A stretch of DNA of 64,000 nt from Pseudolabrys sp. (GTDB lineage: Bacteria > Pseudomonadota > Alphaproteobacteria > Rhizobiales > Xanthobacteraceae), in the NCBI GenBank assembly GCA_035469145.1, contig DATISB010000011.1:78-64077 (forward strand). The letters are read 5' to 3'. The notes under the pieces were generated by a model. It was not told the DNA's origin and did no database searches. It saw only the letters and a program-made list of their open reading frames with translations. How positions within the stretch are numbered: position 1 is the stretch's first letter; each line of letters starts with the position of its first letter. Below, one piece after another: positions 1 to 9,700 of this stretch. Position numbers and translations under genes: made by a program.

Positions 1-673
1 TCGATTTCGACTGCTCACCAAGAAACGTCGCGCCGTTTTTGGGGCACATATAACGGTCTGCGCGGCACCGATGCTCATGTGCGGCATCCGGGTAGCAACT
101 TCGCTGTTGGCCGGCATGTGCTCTTTAAGCCGTCGTGAAGGTGTAACGCGGAGTTGGATGAATTGCCCGCTGGATAAGTCTGCCACTGCGGCGAAACCCT
201 GGCGATCGCAGACTTTCGGCGTCGCTCTCGATATTGACCAAGCTCCGTGCGTTCGCCGCGACCCGCACCTATCCCATCGGCGGTAACTTTGATAGCGCGC
301 CCCGGCCCGAATATTCAACTAACCGCACGTGCGACCCCTGAGGTTCTTATACACTATATCATCATTTCCCGTTATCGGAGAACATTTCTAGTTTGCAATC
401 AAATGAATTCTCTGACATGGGAGGATGGTCACGCTTCGGGCCTCATCCGGCTCCAGCTTGAACATTATCTCAGGGGATTAGCCCCAGCTCTGGGTCGATT
501 AGCCGCGATAATTTTCTAATAAGTTGTATGACGCGGTAAGCCGATATGAAAACAAAACGCGTATCGGTTACGGGTGCAGCTGGAGCATGGTGTGCTCAAG
601 AGCGCCGCGTAGAGGGCCATCCTCGCTTGTCATCTCGATTGAACAACGGTATTGGCGGCGTTCGGTGCGCAGG

Positions 674-1213
674 ATGAACGATTATCTGGCCAATACGCGT
701 TCCTTGGTTCGCAAGGAGCCGCAGCTTACCACCGCGGGCATTATCGCCGTCGTCGGCGCGCTGACGATTGGCGGCTTTTACTTCTTCCAGTACGTGCTGC
801 ATCTGCCGCCTTGCCCGCTCTGTCTGGAGCAGCGGCAACCCTATTATATCTGCGTTCCGCTCGCGGCCTTGCTCTTTATCGGCGCTAATTACGGCGTGTC
901 GAGCAAGGTGATGATCGCGGGCTTTGTCGTGATTACCGCTTTCATGCTCTGGAACAGCGGGCTTGGCGTGTATCACGCCGGCGTCGAATGGAAGTGGTGG
1001 CAGGGGCCGATCGACTGCTCGGGGCCGATCAATAAATTTGGAGCAGCCAGCGATATCTTCAAGAAATTGGACAACATCGTCACGGTCCGCTGCGACGAGG
1101 TGTCCTGGCGCTTCCTGGGTCTCTCGCTCGCTGGCTGGAACGTGCTGGACTCAGCTGGGCTGGCCGCCGTCGCCGCCTGGGGCGCGCTGGCTTCGCTCGC
1201 GAAGCAAAAGTGA
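674..1213 (+). CDS. dsbB: Disulfide bond formation protein B
   Basis: TM helices, LPPCPLCLEQR (CxxC) motif, GVYHAGVEW, and second Cys pair (DC...RCDEVSW). ATG at 674 preferred over the ORF-track start. Confidence 0.9.
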   Translation: MNDYLANTRSLVRKEPQLTTAGIIAVVGALTIGGFYFFQYVLHLPPCPLCLEQRQPYYICVPLAALLFIGANYGVSSKVMIAGFVVITAFMLWNSGLGVYHAGVEWKWWQGPIDCSGPINKFGAASDIFKKLDNIVTVRCDEVSWRFLGLSLAGWNVLDSAGLAAVAAWGALASLAKQK

Positions 1214-1277
1214 TCCAGCTAGAGTGCAATCGTCGCAGGCCGAAGGTCCCGGCCCTCGTCTTGTTGGGTAAGTCGTC

Positions 1278-2519
1278 ATGGAAGTGCTCATCATCGGCGC
1301 CGGTGTCGGCGGGTTGACGCTTGGCCTGATGCTGCATCGCGCCGGCATCGCTTGCCGCGTGTTCGAGGCGTCGCCCGAACTCAAACCGGTCGGCGTCGGC
1401 ATCAATATCCTGCCGCATGCCTCGCGCGAACTCTGCGCGCTCGGCCTGGAGGATGCGCTGGCCAAGGTCGCCGTCACCACGCGTGAATATTGTTTCTACA
1501 ACCGCTTCGGTCAGCACATCTACAGCGAGCCGGCCGGGCGTTTCGCCGGCTATGACGTGCCGCAGTTCTCCATCCACCGAAGTGATTTGCAGATGGTACT
1601 GCTCGACGCCTTCATCGCGTGCGCCGGCGCCGACAAGGTGATCCTCGGCCGGCGCTGCACGGGCGTCGAATATGACGGCGATGAGGCTATCGCGCATTTC
1701 GAGGATGTGAACGGCAAGCCGCTCGCCCCGCAACGCGGCGCGGTGGCGGTGAGCTGCGAGGGCATCCATTCGGTGTTGCGCAAACAGCTTTATCCGGACG
1801 AAGGCCCGCCGAAATATTCCGGCATCAACATGTGGCGCGGCGTCACCCGCTGGCCGCCGATCCTAACCGGCGCCAGCATGATCCGCATTGGCTGGCACCA
1901 TCCGGCCAAGCTGTTGATCTACCCGATCCGCAATAATATCGACGCCGAGGGCCGCCAACTGGTGAACTGGGTGTGTGACATCGAGACGCCGCAATACCAG
2001 GCGCGCGACTGGAACCGGCGCGGCTGGCTGGAGGATTTCTTACCCGCAATGGCGGAGTGGCATTTCGACTGGCTGGATGTGCCGCAGTTCATCCGCGGCG
2101 CCGACGCCATTCTGGAATATCCCATGGTCGATCACGACCCGCTGCCGCGCTGGAGCTTCGGTCGCCTGACGTTGCTGGGCGACGCCGCGCATCCGATGTA
2201 TCCGCGCGGCGCCAACGGCGCGGCGCAGGCGATCCTCGATTGCCGCGCGCTGGCAGATGCGTTGAAAGCCAACGCCGATGCTGTCGCCGCGCTCAAGGTC
2301 TATGAGGCCAAGCGGTTGCCGGCGACCGGCGAAGTCGTTCTCGCCAACCGCAAGGCGCCGCCCGACGCGATTTTGCAGGAAGTCTATCGCCGCACTGGCG
2401 ACAAGCCGTTCAAGAACATCGACGACGTCATCAGCCGCGCGGAACTGATCGCCCTGTCCGAAAGTTACAAACGGGTTGCGGGCTACGATAAGGAGCGGCT
2501 GAAGGCGCAACGCGCATGA
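1278..2519 (+). CDS. FAD-dependent monooxygenase (salicylate hydroxylase/PhzS-like family)
   Basis: GAGVGG Rossmann motif, EGIHS (DG-motif variant), LLGDAAHPM motif. Confidence 0.85.
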   Translation: MEVLIIGAGVGGLTLGLMLHRAGIACRVFEASPELKPVGVGINILPHASRELCALGLEDALAKVAVTTREYCFYNRFGQHIYSEPAGRFAGYDVPQFSIHRSDLQMVLLDAFIACAGADKVILGRRCTGVEYDGDEAIAHFEDVNGKPLAPQRGAVAVSCEGIHSVLRKQLYPDEGPPKYSGINMWRGVTRWPPILTGASMIRIGWHHPAKLLIYPIRNNIDAEGRQLVNWVCDIETPQYQARDWNRRGWLEDFLPAMAEWHFDWLDVPQFIRGADAILEYPMVDHDPLPRWSFGRLTLLGDAAHPMYPRGANGAAQAILDCRALADALKANADAVAALKVYEAKRLPATGEVVLANRKAPPDAILQEVYRRTGDKPFKNIDDVISRAELIALSESYKRVAGYDKERLKAQRA

Positions 2520-2560
2520 TCCCGAAAAGTGGGAACCGGTTTTCGGATAAAATCATGCGC
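2512..2560. repeat. Palindromic intergenic repeat, family A copy 1 (short form)
   Basis: gcgcatgatcccgaaaa-gtgggaaccgg-ttttcggataaaatcatgcgc; homologous to 15971-16044 and 26422-26495. Confidence 0.85.
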
Positions 2561-2610
2561 AAAAAAATGAATAGATGCGCCTAACTTAACGACAAGGGAC
2601 AACGAAACTT

Positions 2611-3159
2611 ATGTCTATATCGGAAAACGCACCCGGCTACACCGGGACGGCGAAGGCGCTGCATTGGACGATCGTGGCGCTGCTGATCGTTCAATTCGTG
2701 CTGACGTGGACGATGCCGGAAATAAAGCGCGACACCAAGCCTGACACGCTGATCAATCTGCATCTGTCGTTCGGCGCGCTGATCCTTGGCATGGCCATCA
2801 TTCGCTTGGGCTGGCGGGCGACCCACGCCGAGCCGCCGTCGGAAGACGACCTGCCGCCGTGGCAACTGCAGTCCGCGCGTATTACGCATTGGCTGCTATA
2901 TGCGCTGCTGTTCGTGCTGCCGATCCTGGGCTGGATCAACGCCTCCTGGCGCGGCTTCACGGTTTCGGTGTTCGGCCTGTTCGAATTGCCGAAACTGATG
3001 GCGACGCGCGCGCCCGGCTTCGGCTGGACCGGCGACGTGCACACGCTGCTGGCATATTACGCGATGCTCACGCTGATCGTCCTGCACGTAGCGGCCGGTC
3101 TCTATCATTATTTCGGGCGCCGCGATCGCGTATTGCAGCGGATGTTGCCGGGCGCCTAA
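2611..3159 (+). CDS. Cytochrome b561 (CybB/YceJ family)
   Basis: Four TM helices with heme His motifs LHW, LHLSFG, VH, LHVAAGLYH; C-terminal RDRVLQRMLP. Confidence 0.9.
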   Translation: MSISENAPGYTGTAKALHWTIVALLIVQFVLTWTMPEIKRDTKPDTLINLHLSFGALILGMAIIRLGWRATHAEPPSEDDLPPWQLQSARITHWLLYALLFVLPILGWINASWRGFTVSVFGLFELPKLMATRAPGFGWTGDVHTLLAYYAMLTLIVLHVAAGLYHYFGRRDRVLQRMLPGA

Positions 3160-3165
3160 CGCTGC

Positions 3166-5283
3166 CTACTCGTAGCGCAGCGCCTCGATCGGATCGAGAT
3201 GCGCGGCTTTGCGCGCAGGATAGTAGCCGAAGAAAATCCCGACCGCCGCCGAGAACAGGAATCCGCCGGCAATCGCCGCGCCCGAGATCGGGGCTGGCCA
3301 GCCGGCGAAGAACGAGATAGCGGCGGAAAACGCCACGCCCATGAAAATGCCGGCAATGCCGCCGGCCACGCTCAGGAACACCGCCTCGGCGAGGAACTGC
3401 AGCAGCACGTGCACGCGCCGCGCGCCGATCGCCATGCGCAGGCCGATCTCCCTCGTGCGCTCCGTCACCGATACCAGCAGGATGTTCATGATGCCAATGC
3501 CGCCGACCACCAGCGAGATCGAGGCGACGGCGGCGAGCAGGAGTGCCATGATGCGGCTGCTGCTCTCGGCGGCTTCTGCGATCTGGCTGAGGTTGCGCAC
3601 GGAAAAATCGTTGAGGTCGCCGGGCTTGATGCGGTGACGGCGTGCGAGAATCTGGGTAATCTGGCGGATCGCCGGCTGCACGTCCGTCGAATTGGTAGCT
3701 TGCACGTAAATCTGGTTGACGTAGCCGGCCAGGTGAGCCGTCAGACCATAGGGATTGGGCGGGCTTGGATAGATCCAATTGAGCTGCGCCTGCGCCTGGG
3801 ATGGCGCAGCCACCCCGAGCACCTTGCGTTCCGCCGTGGTGAACGGAATCATCACCAGGTCGTCCTGGTCCTGGCCCATCGGCGTCTGGCCTTTGGGCTC
3901 GAGCACGCCGATCACCCGCATCGGCACACTCTTCACCTGGATAAGTGCGCCGATCGGAATCTGCGACTCGCTGAATAACTGCTTCGACACGGTCTGCCCG
4001 ATCACGACCACTAGTGCCGCCGATGCCTCGTCATCGGGCGAGATCTCGCGCCCGATCTCGATCCGCCAGTTCGTCATCGGCGGGTAATTCGTGCTGATGC
4101 CTTGGACTTGTGTGGTCCAATTCTGATTGCCGGCCTCCACTTGGCCGGATTGGCGGATGAGATAGCTGACCTCGCTGACCGTCGCGCTCTCGCGCCTGAT
4201 CGCTTGCGCGTCGCTGATGGTGAGCGTGGAGGCGCTGCCGGATCCCGCGCGCAAGCCGCCCGACGTCCTTGCGCCCGGCAGCACCACGACGAGATTGGTG
4301 CCGAGCCGCTCGATCTGCTTGCGCACGGCCTCGTTGGCGCCTTGGCCGACGGCGACCATGGCGATCAACGCGGCAACGCCAATGAAGACACCCAGCATGG
4401 TCAAGGCCGAGCGCATCATGTTGCGCCAGAGCGCCTGCATGGCGGCGGCCATGATCATCAGCCCGAAGCTCAAAATGGGATTGTTGCGCCGCGCGGCGGC
4501 GAGCGACGGCCGTTGTGCTGGCGCCGCCGAAAAGGCTTCGTCCGGCACCTCGGCGCGCTGCGCTACGCCGATTTTGGCCGCCTTTGGATTGCGCGTGTCC
4601 GCGACCACCTGCCCGTCGCGCATAGTCAACACGCGGTCGGCATAGGCGCCGATGTCGGCCTCATGGGTGACGACGATGATGGTGACGCCTTGCTCGCGAT
4701 TGAGCCGCGTCAGTGTCTGCATGATTTCGTGCGAGGTGCGGGTGTCGAGGTTACCGGTCGGCTCGTCGGCGAGCAGCAGGCCGGGCGAGTTGATCAGGGC
4801 CCGCGCGATCGCGACCCGCTGCTGCTGGCCGCCCGAGAGCTGGCCCGGGGTGTTGCGCTCGCGGTCGCTTAAGCCGAGCAGCTTGAGCGCCGCACGCGCC
4901 CGCTCGACGCGCGAGCTGGCGCTCGCTGGCCCAGCGGCGGCGTAGAACAACGGCAGCGCAACGTTCTCGAGCGCGCTGGTGCGGGACAAAAGATTGAAGC
5001 TCTGGAACACAAAGCCCAGGCGCTCGCTGCGCAGCCGCGCGCGCTCGGGCTCGCTCAAGCCGGCGACGTCGGTGCCCTCAAAATAATAATGCCCGCCGCT
5101 CGGCCGGTCGAGACAGCCGAGCACCGCCATGAGCGTCGACTTGCCGGACCCCGACGAGCCCATGATGGCGACGAATTCGCCGCTGTTGATCGTGAGACTC
5201 ACGTCTTGCAGCGCATGCACGTCGACGTCACCGGCATGGTATATCCGCGTGACGTGCTCGAGCTTGATGATCGGTTCCGTCAT
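3166..5283 (-). CDS. macB: MacB-family ABC transporter, fused ATPase and permease
   Basis: Walker [32 protein letters not shown]; FtsX-like [17 protein letters not shown]; ends PIEALRYE. Confidence 0.92.
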   Translation of the reverse strand: MTEPIIKLEHVTRIYHAGDVDVHALQDVSLTINSGEFVAIMGSSGSGKSTLMAVLGCLDRPSGGHYYFEGTDVAGLSEPERARLRSERLGFVFQSFNLLSRTSALENVALPLFYAAAGPASASSRVERARAALKLLGLSDRERNTPGQLSGGQQQRVAIARALINSPGLLLADEPTGNLDTRTSHEIMQTLTRLNREQGVTIIVVTHEADIGAYADRVLTMRDGQVVADTRNPKAAKIGVAQRAEVPDEAFSAAPAQRPSLAAARRNNPILSFGLMIMAAAMQALWRNMMRSALTMLGVFIGVAALIAMVAVGQGANEAVRKQIERLGTNLVVVLPGARTSGGLRAGSGSASTLTISDAQAIRRESATVSEVSYLIRQSGQVEAGNQNWTTQVQGISTNYPPMTNWRIEIGREISPDDEASAALVVVIGQTVSKQLFSESQIPIGALIQVKSVPMRVIGVLEPKGQTPMGQDQDDLVMIPFTTAERKVLGVAAPSQAQAQLNWIYPSPPNPYGLTAHLAGYVNQIYVQATNSTDVQPAIRQITQILARRHRIKPGDLNDFSVRNLSQIAEAAESSSRIMALLLAAVASISLVVGGIGIMNILLVSVTERTREIGLRMAIGARRVHVLLQFLAEAVFLSVAGGIAGIFMGVAFSAAISFFAGWPAPISGAAIAGGFLFSAAVGIFFGYYPARKAAHLDPIEALRYE

Positions 5284-5312
5284 GTTCAATGCGCCGGCCG
5301 TTGGCTGCGTTA

Positions 5313-6599
5313 CTACCGCAGGCGCGGCGCCGCCGCCTTATTGTCGGTATTGCTGCGTTGCTCGGCGATGATGACTAGGTCGCCTGGGTTGAGCTCGCCC
5401 TTGACGACTTCAGTGTAGGTGTCGTCGTCGAGACCGGTGGTCACTGCGACCCGAACTGGCTTGCCGTCGCGCAGCACCCAGACCCTGCCTTGCTCAGCCG
5501 GCCGCGTTCGGCCGGACGTGCCGCTTCGCCGTGTTGCACCGGCGGTCACGGGCGCATAACGCAGCGCCTGGCTCGAAACGCGCAGAACGTCGGTGCGTTG
5601 GTCGGTGATGATGCGGTTGGCCGCGGTCATGCCGGGCTTGAGCGCCAGATCGGCATTGTCGATGCTGACCACCACATCGTAGGTCACCACGTTCTGCACG
5701 GTCTGCGGCGATTGCCGCACCTGGGTGACGGTTCCCTCGAAGGTGCGCTTCGGGAAGGCATCGACGGTGAACAAAGCCCGATCACCGTCCTTGATGCCGC
5801 CGATGTCGCTTTCGCTGACATTGGTATCGACCTGCATCTTGGTGAGGTCGGTGGCGATCAGGAACAAAGTCGGCGTCTGGAAGCTCGCCGCCACCGTCTG
5901 CCCGACGGTGACGTTGCGTGACACCACGGTGCCGTCCACCGGCGAAACGATCTTGGTGTAATCGAGATTGACCTGGGCCGCGGCGAGCTGCGCCTGGCGC
6001 TGCGCGATGGTGGCTTGGTCGACGCCGATCTGCGCGCGCGCCTGATCGAGCGCGTTCTTAGCGATGTCGAACGCGTCTTTGGAAATAGCGTTGGTTTGCG
6101 CCAGCCGCGCATTACGATCGTAGTTGATCTGCGCGTAATCGAAGTTGGCCTGGTCCTTGACGAGTTGCGCCTTCGCCTGCGTCAGGTTGGCACTGTTCTG
6201 ATCGACCACGGTCTGATAGGGGCGTGGATCGATTTGCGCGCAAACTTGGCCCTTCTTGACCTCGGTATTGTAGTCGCAGTTGATCTCCTGGATGACGCCG
6301 GAGACATAAGATCCGACGATGATCGTGAGCACCGGGTTGACCGTGCCGGTGGCCGTCACCGCGCGCGTGACGTCGCCGCGCGTGACCGGCGCGGTGGTGT
6401 AACGGACGGTTGCTTCGGCGGTGGCTAGCCACCAGGCGACGCCAATGGCGGCGAGCACTGCCAGCGACAGTAGGCCGGCGATCAGCCAGGATTTTCGAAA
6501 ACGTGGACCGGCCGGCGTCGCGGCAGGCGGCTTCGGCACGAAAACCACAGGTACTGCCGGCTCGATTCGGGCCGCGTCGATTGCCACGGGTTTGTTCAT
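5313..6599 (-). CDS. macA: MacA-like periplasmic adaptor (membrane fusion protein)
   Basis: N-terminal TM anchor, ATGTVNP, helical hairpin, IVSPVDGTV, LKPGMTA; upstream of macB. Confidence 0.88.
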   Translation of the reverse strand: MNKPVAIDAARIEPAVPVVFVPKPPAATPAGPRFRKSWLIAGLLSLAVLAAIGVAWWLATAEATVRYTTAPVTRGDVTRAVTATGTVNPVLTIIVGSYVSGVIQEINCDYNTEVKKGQVCAQIDPRPYQTVVDQNSANLTQAKAQLVKDQANFDYAQINYDRNARLAQTNAISKDAFDIAKNALDQARAQIGVDQATIAQRQAQLAAAQVNLDYTKIVSPVDGTVVSRNVTVGQTVAASFQTPTLFLIATDLTKMQVDTNVSESDIGGIKDGDRALFTVDAFPKRTFEGTVTQVRQSPQTVQNVVTYDVVVSIDNADLALKPGMTAANRIITDQRTDVLRVSSQALRYAPVTAGATRRSGTSGRTRPAEQGRVWVLRDGKPVRVAVTTGLDDDTYTEVVKGELNPGDLVIIAEQRSNTDNKAAAPRLR

Positions 6600-6656
6600 C
6601 CTGCGAACTCCGCCTACGTCCCCCAGAAAACGTTAGCGGACCGGCGCGGTTCCGCA

Positions 6657-6670
6657 TTGATGCGGGTCAA
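6657..6670. promoter_or_regulatory. Putative FixK/FNR box
   Basis: TTGATGCGGGTCAA matches TTGA-N6-TCAA, about 60 bp upstream of the macA start. Confidence 0.6.
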
Positions 6671-6733
6671 ATCCAACCAATTCGAAGGAAATGGGCCGAA
6701 ACGGCGCGGCGGGCGCGGCCAATGGCCGGCGCC

Positions 6734-7291
6734 TCAGGGTTCCAACTCGGTATCCCAATAAAGATAGTCGAGCCAGCTTTCATGCAGGTAGTTGGGCGGG
6801 AATGCCCGCCCGTTGCGGTGCAGGTGCTGCACCGTTGGCTGGAACGGCATCTGCGAGGGATACATCTTGGCCTCGGGCGGCGTTAGGTTGCCCTTGCGCA
6901 GATTGCAGTCGGAGCAGGCGGTGACCACGTTGATCCAGGTAGTATGCCCGCCGCGCGAGCGCGGCAGCAGATGGTCGAAGGTCAAGTCCTCGCGCTCGCC
7001 GCAATACTGGCAGGAGAAGCGGTCGCGCAGGAACACGTTGAACCGCGTGAAGGCCGGATGGGTCGAGGGCTTCACGAAGGTCTTGAGCGACACCACGCTC
7101 GGCAGCTTGATTTCGAGGCTCGGACTGCGCACCGCGCGGTCGTAATTGGCGACGATGTTCACGCGTTCCAGGAACACTGCCTTGATCGCGTCCTGCCATG
7201 ACCACAGCGACAAGGGGTAATAGCTCAGCGGCCGGAAATCCGCGTTGAGCACCAGCGCCGGAAACCCGCTGGGCGATACGTGCACGTTCAA
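6734..7291 (-). CDS. HNH endonuclease (McrA-like)
   Basis: LVLNAD, RDRFSCQYCG, TFDHLLPRSRGG, NVVTACSDCNLRKG. Confidence 0.9.
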   Translation of the reverse strand: MNVHVSPSGFPALVLNADFRPLSYYPLSLWSWQDAIKAVFLERVNIVANYDRAVRSPSLEIKLPSVVSLKTFVKPSTHPAFTRFNVFLRDRFSCQYCGEREDLTFDHLLPRSRGGHTTWINVVTACSDCNLRKGNLTPPEAKMYPSQMPFQPTVQHLHRNGRAFPPNYLHESWLDYLYWDTELEP

Positions 7292-7399
7292 GCGCGGCTC
7301 CTATAACCTCCCCATGGCTGCCGCCACGCAGCCTGCCGCCTAGTAATAGGGCAGCGTGAAAGGATTGTGAAGTCGGTGCGGAGCGTTACCCGCAAGCGC

Positions 7400-8071
7400 C
7401 TATTTGCGGGCGGCGAAATGGCGGGCCAGAAATTCCCCGCCCTGGCGCAGGCCTTCCTGGTCGATGCCATGGCCGATGCCGGGCGAGATGTGCCATTCGG
7501 CCGGGATGTCGAGCGAGGCGAGCCCCTGGGCGGCGTGCATCAGCGCCTGCGCCGGGATGAGATCGTCCTGGTCACCATGGATGAGCAGCACCGGCGGTCG
7601 GCTGAGGATCTCGGTGGCCAATTTGTCAGGCTCGACGTCCTCCGGCACCACCAGCATGCCGGAATAGCCGACGATCGCGGCCGGCGGCACGCCTCGGCGC
7701 AGCCCGACATGCAGCGCCATCATGGTGCCTTGGGAAAAGCCGACCAGCGCCAGCGCCGACGGCGGCAACTGCCGACGCGCGAGTTCGGCGTCGAGGAAAC
7801 TATTGAGCACGGGCGCAGCCGCGTTGACGCCGGTCCAGCGCTCGCCCGGATCGCGGAACGTCAGCGGGAACCATTCACGTCCGACCGGTGCCTGGCCGCA
7901 ACGGTTCGGCGCGTGCGGCGACACGAAGGCGGCGTCCGGCAACAGGCCAGCCCAGGCGCGCCCGATCTCGATCAGGTCGTTGCCGTCGGCGCCATAGCCG
8001 TGCAGGAACACTACCAACTGGCGCGCCTTGCCCGAGCGCGGCTCGATGCGCGGGCCGTCGAGTTCAGCCAT
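7400..8071 (-). CDS. Phospholipase/carboxylesterase (alpha/beta hydrolase)
   Basis: LHGYGA, GFSQG nucleophile elbow, HGDQD, GHGID. Confidence 0.88.
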   Translation of the reverse strand: MAELDGPRIEPRSGKARQLVVFLHGYGADGNDLIEIGRAWAGLLPDAAFVSPHAPNRCGQAPVGREWFPLTFRDPGERWTGVNAAAPVLNSFLDAELARRQLPPSALALVGFSQGTMMALHVGLRRGVPPAAIVGYSGMLVVPEDVEPDKLATEILSRPPVLLIHGDQDDLIPAQALMHAAQGLASLDIPAEWHISPGIGHGIDQEGLRQGGEFLARHFAARK

Positions 8072-8759
8072 TTTTGCTTTTACTTTTCTTCGCTTTCGGC
8101 TTTTTCGCTGACGGTTGAACCGGCACCACGTCGCGCTTCTTCACCGCGTGATAATAAGCCCATAGCAGATGTGCTGCCACGCCGCGCCAGGGCCGCCAGG
8201 CCTCGGCCATTTTCGTAAGCGCCTTGGCGTCCGGCCGCTTGCGCAAGCCGAAGGCGATACGAACGGATTCCTGCACCGCGAGATCGCCGGCGGGAAACGC
8301 ATCGGCATGGCCGAGGCAGAACAGCAGATAAATATCGGCGGTCCAGGGGCCCACGCCGTGTAGCGTCGTGAGCGTCGCGTGCGCCACATCGGCATCCATA
8401 TTGCCGACTTGGGTCAGATCGATCTTTCCCTTCGCGACCGCCTTGCCGATCTCGCGGATCGATTTGATCTTGGCCGCGGACAGGCCGAGCCGCTTGAGCT
8501 TGTCGGCCCGCGCGCGACGCACCGTGTCGTGATGAAACGGATCTAAGGCGGCGAACAGCCGGGTGCGGATGGCGGCTGCGCTCGCGGTCGAGAGCTGCTG
8601 CCCGCACACGATAGCGCACAGGCCGGCAAAGCCGGCGTCGCGGCGGCGCAGGCTGAAGGCGCCGGCCTTGCGGGCGACGGGCTTGAGCCGCGGATCGGCG
8701 AGGATCAACTGCGCGAGGCCTGCCTGTAGATCGGCGTCGGTGTGGAGGAAGTGGGTCAT
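8064..8759 (-). CDS. alkA: DNA-3-methyladenine glycosylase II (HhH-GPD)
   Basis: QQLSTASA, LHGVGPWTA helix-hairpin-helix, FPAGDLA, WRPWRGVA. Confidence 0.88.
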   Translation of the reverse strand: MTHFLHTDADLQAGLAQLILADPRLKPVARKAGAFSLRRRDAGFAGLCAIVCGQQLSTASAAAIRTRLFAALDPFHHDTVRRARADKLKRLGLSAAKIKSIREIGKAVAKGKIDLTQVGNMDADVAHATLTTLHGVGPWTADIYLLFCLGHADAFPAGDLAVQESVRIAFGLRKRPDAKALTKMAEAWRPWRGVAAHLLWAYYHAVKKRDVVPVQPSAKKPKAKKSKSKNG

Positions 8760-8800
8760 TCGCTATCGGTGTAGCAAGCAAGACGATAGATAGAAAAGCC

Positions 8801-9658
8801 ATGCCACCCGTTTTCCGCTTCGCGCCGTCGCCCAACGGCTACCTGCATCTCGGCCATGCGCTGTCGGCTCTGCTCAATGCCGACCGGGCGAAGGCGGCGG
8901 GCGGGCGGCTGTTGCTGCGCATCGAGGACATCGACGCGACGCGCTGCCGGCCGGAATACGAGGCGGCGATTTACGAGGACCTGCCGTGGCTCGGCGTCGT
9001 CTGGGAGCAGCCGGTGCGGCGGCAGTCCGAGCACTATGTCGATTACCGAACGGCGCTGGCGACACTGGACGCGATGGGGCTGATCTATCCCAGCTTTGAA
9101 AGCCGCGCCGAGATTGCGGCGCTGGTCGTCACACGCGAACCTTGGCCGCGCGATCCCGACGGCGCGCCACTCTATCCCGGCAACGCGAAAATAATGGCCC
9201 CCGTCGAGCGTGCCCGCCGCATGGCCGCCGAGCCCTACGCGCTGCGCCTCGACATGGCCGCCGCGCTCGCTAGGACTGGCTCGCTCACCTGGCAGGATAC
9301 CGGCGCCGGCCCGGCCGACGAAACTGGCACTATCGCCGCCGATCCCGCCGCCTGGGGTGATGTCATCCTGGCGCGCAAGGAAACGCCCACCAGCTATCAC
9401 CTCGCCGTCGTGGTGGACGACGCCGCGCAAGGCGTTACCGACGTGGTGCGCGGGCGCGACCTGTTCCACGCGACCGGCGTTCACCGCCTGTTGCAGGCGC
9501 TGCTCGGCTGGCCTGCGCCGCGCTACCACCACCACCGCCTGATCCTCGATGCCGAAGGCAACAAGCTATCGAAATCGACGCTGGCCACTGGATTAAGGGA
9601 GCTGCGCGCGTGCGGCGCCAGCGCGGCGGACATCCGCAAGCTCGTTGGGCTCGATTGA
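8801..9658 (+). CDS. gluQ: Glutamyl-Q tRNA(Asp) synthetase
   Basis: RFAPSPNGYLHLGH, RIEDID, YHLAVVVDD, KLSKS; short, lacks anticodon-binding domain. Confidence 0.9.
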   Translation: MPPVFRFAPSPNGYLHLGHALSALLNADRAKAAGGRLLLRIEDIDATRCRPEYEAAIYEDLPWLGVVWEQPVRRQSEHYVDYRTALATLDAMGLIYPSFESRAEIAALVVTREPWPRDPDGAPLYPGNAKIMAPVERARRMAAEPYALRLDMAAALARTGSLTWQDTGAGPADETGTIAADPAAWGDVILARKETPTSYHLAVVVDDAAQGVTDVVRGRDLFHATGVHRLLQALLGWPAPRYHHHRLILDAEGNKLSKSTLATGLRELRACGASAADIRKLVGLD

Positions 9659-9700
9659 AAGCGCCTGCCATGCCATTGTCGCAGCCGGGGTGGGGGACCA

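Noticed and set aside
6734-7291. HNH nuclease as a mobile or defence element
   Set aside because: Host-like codon usage, housekeeping context, and no methylase, repeats or intron features.
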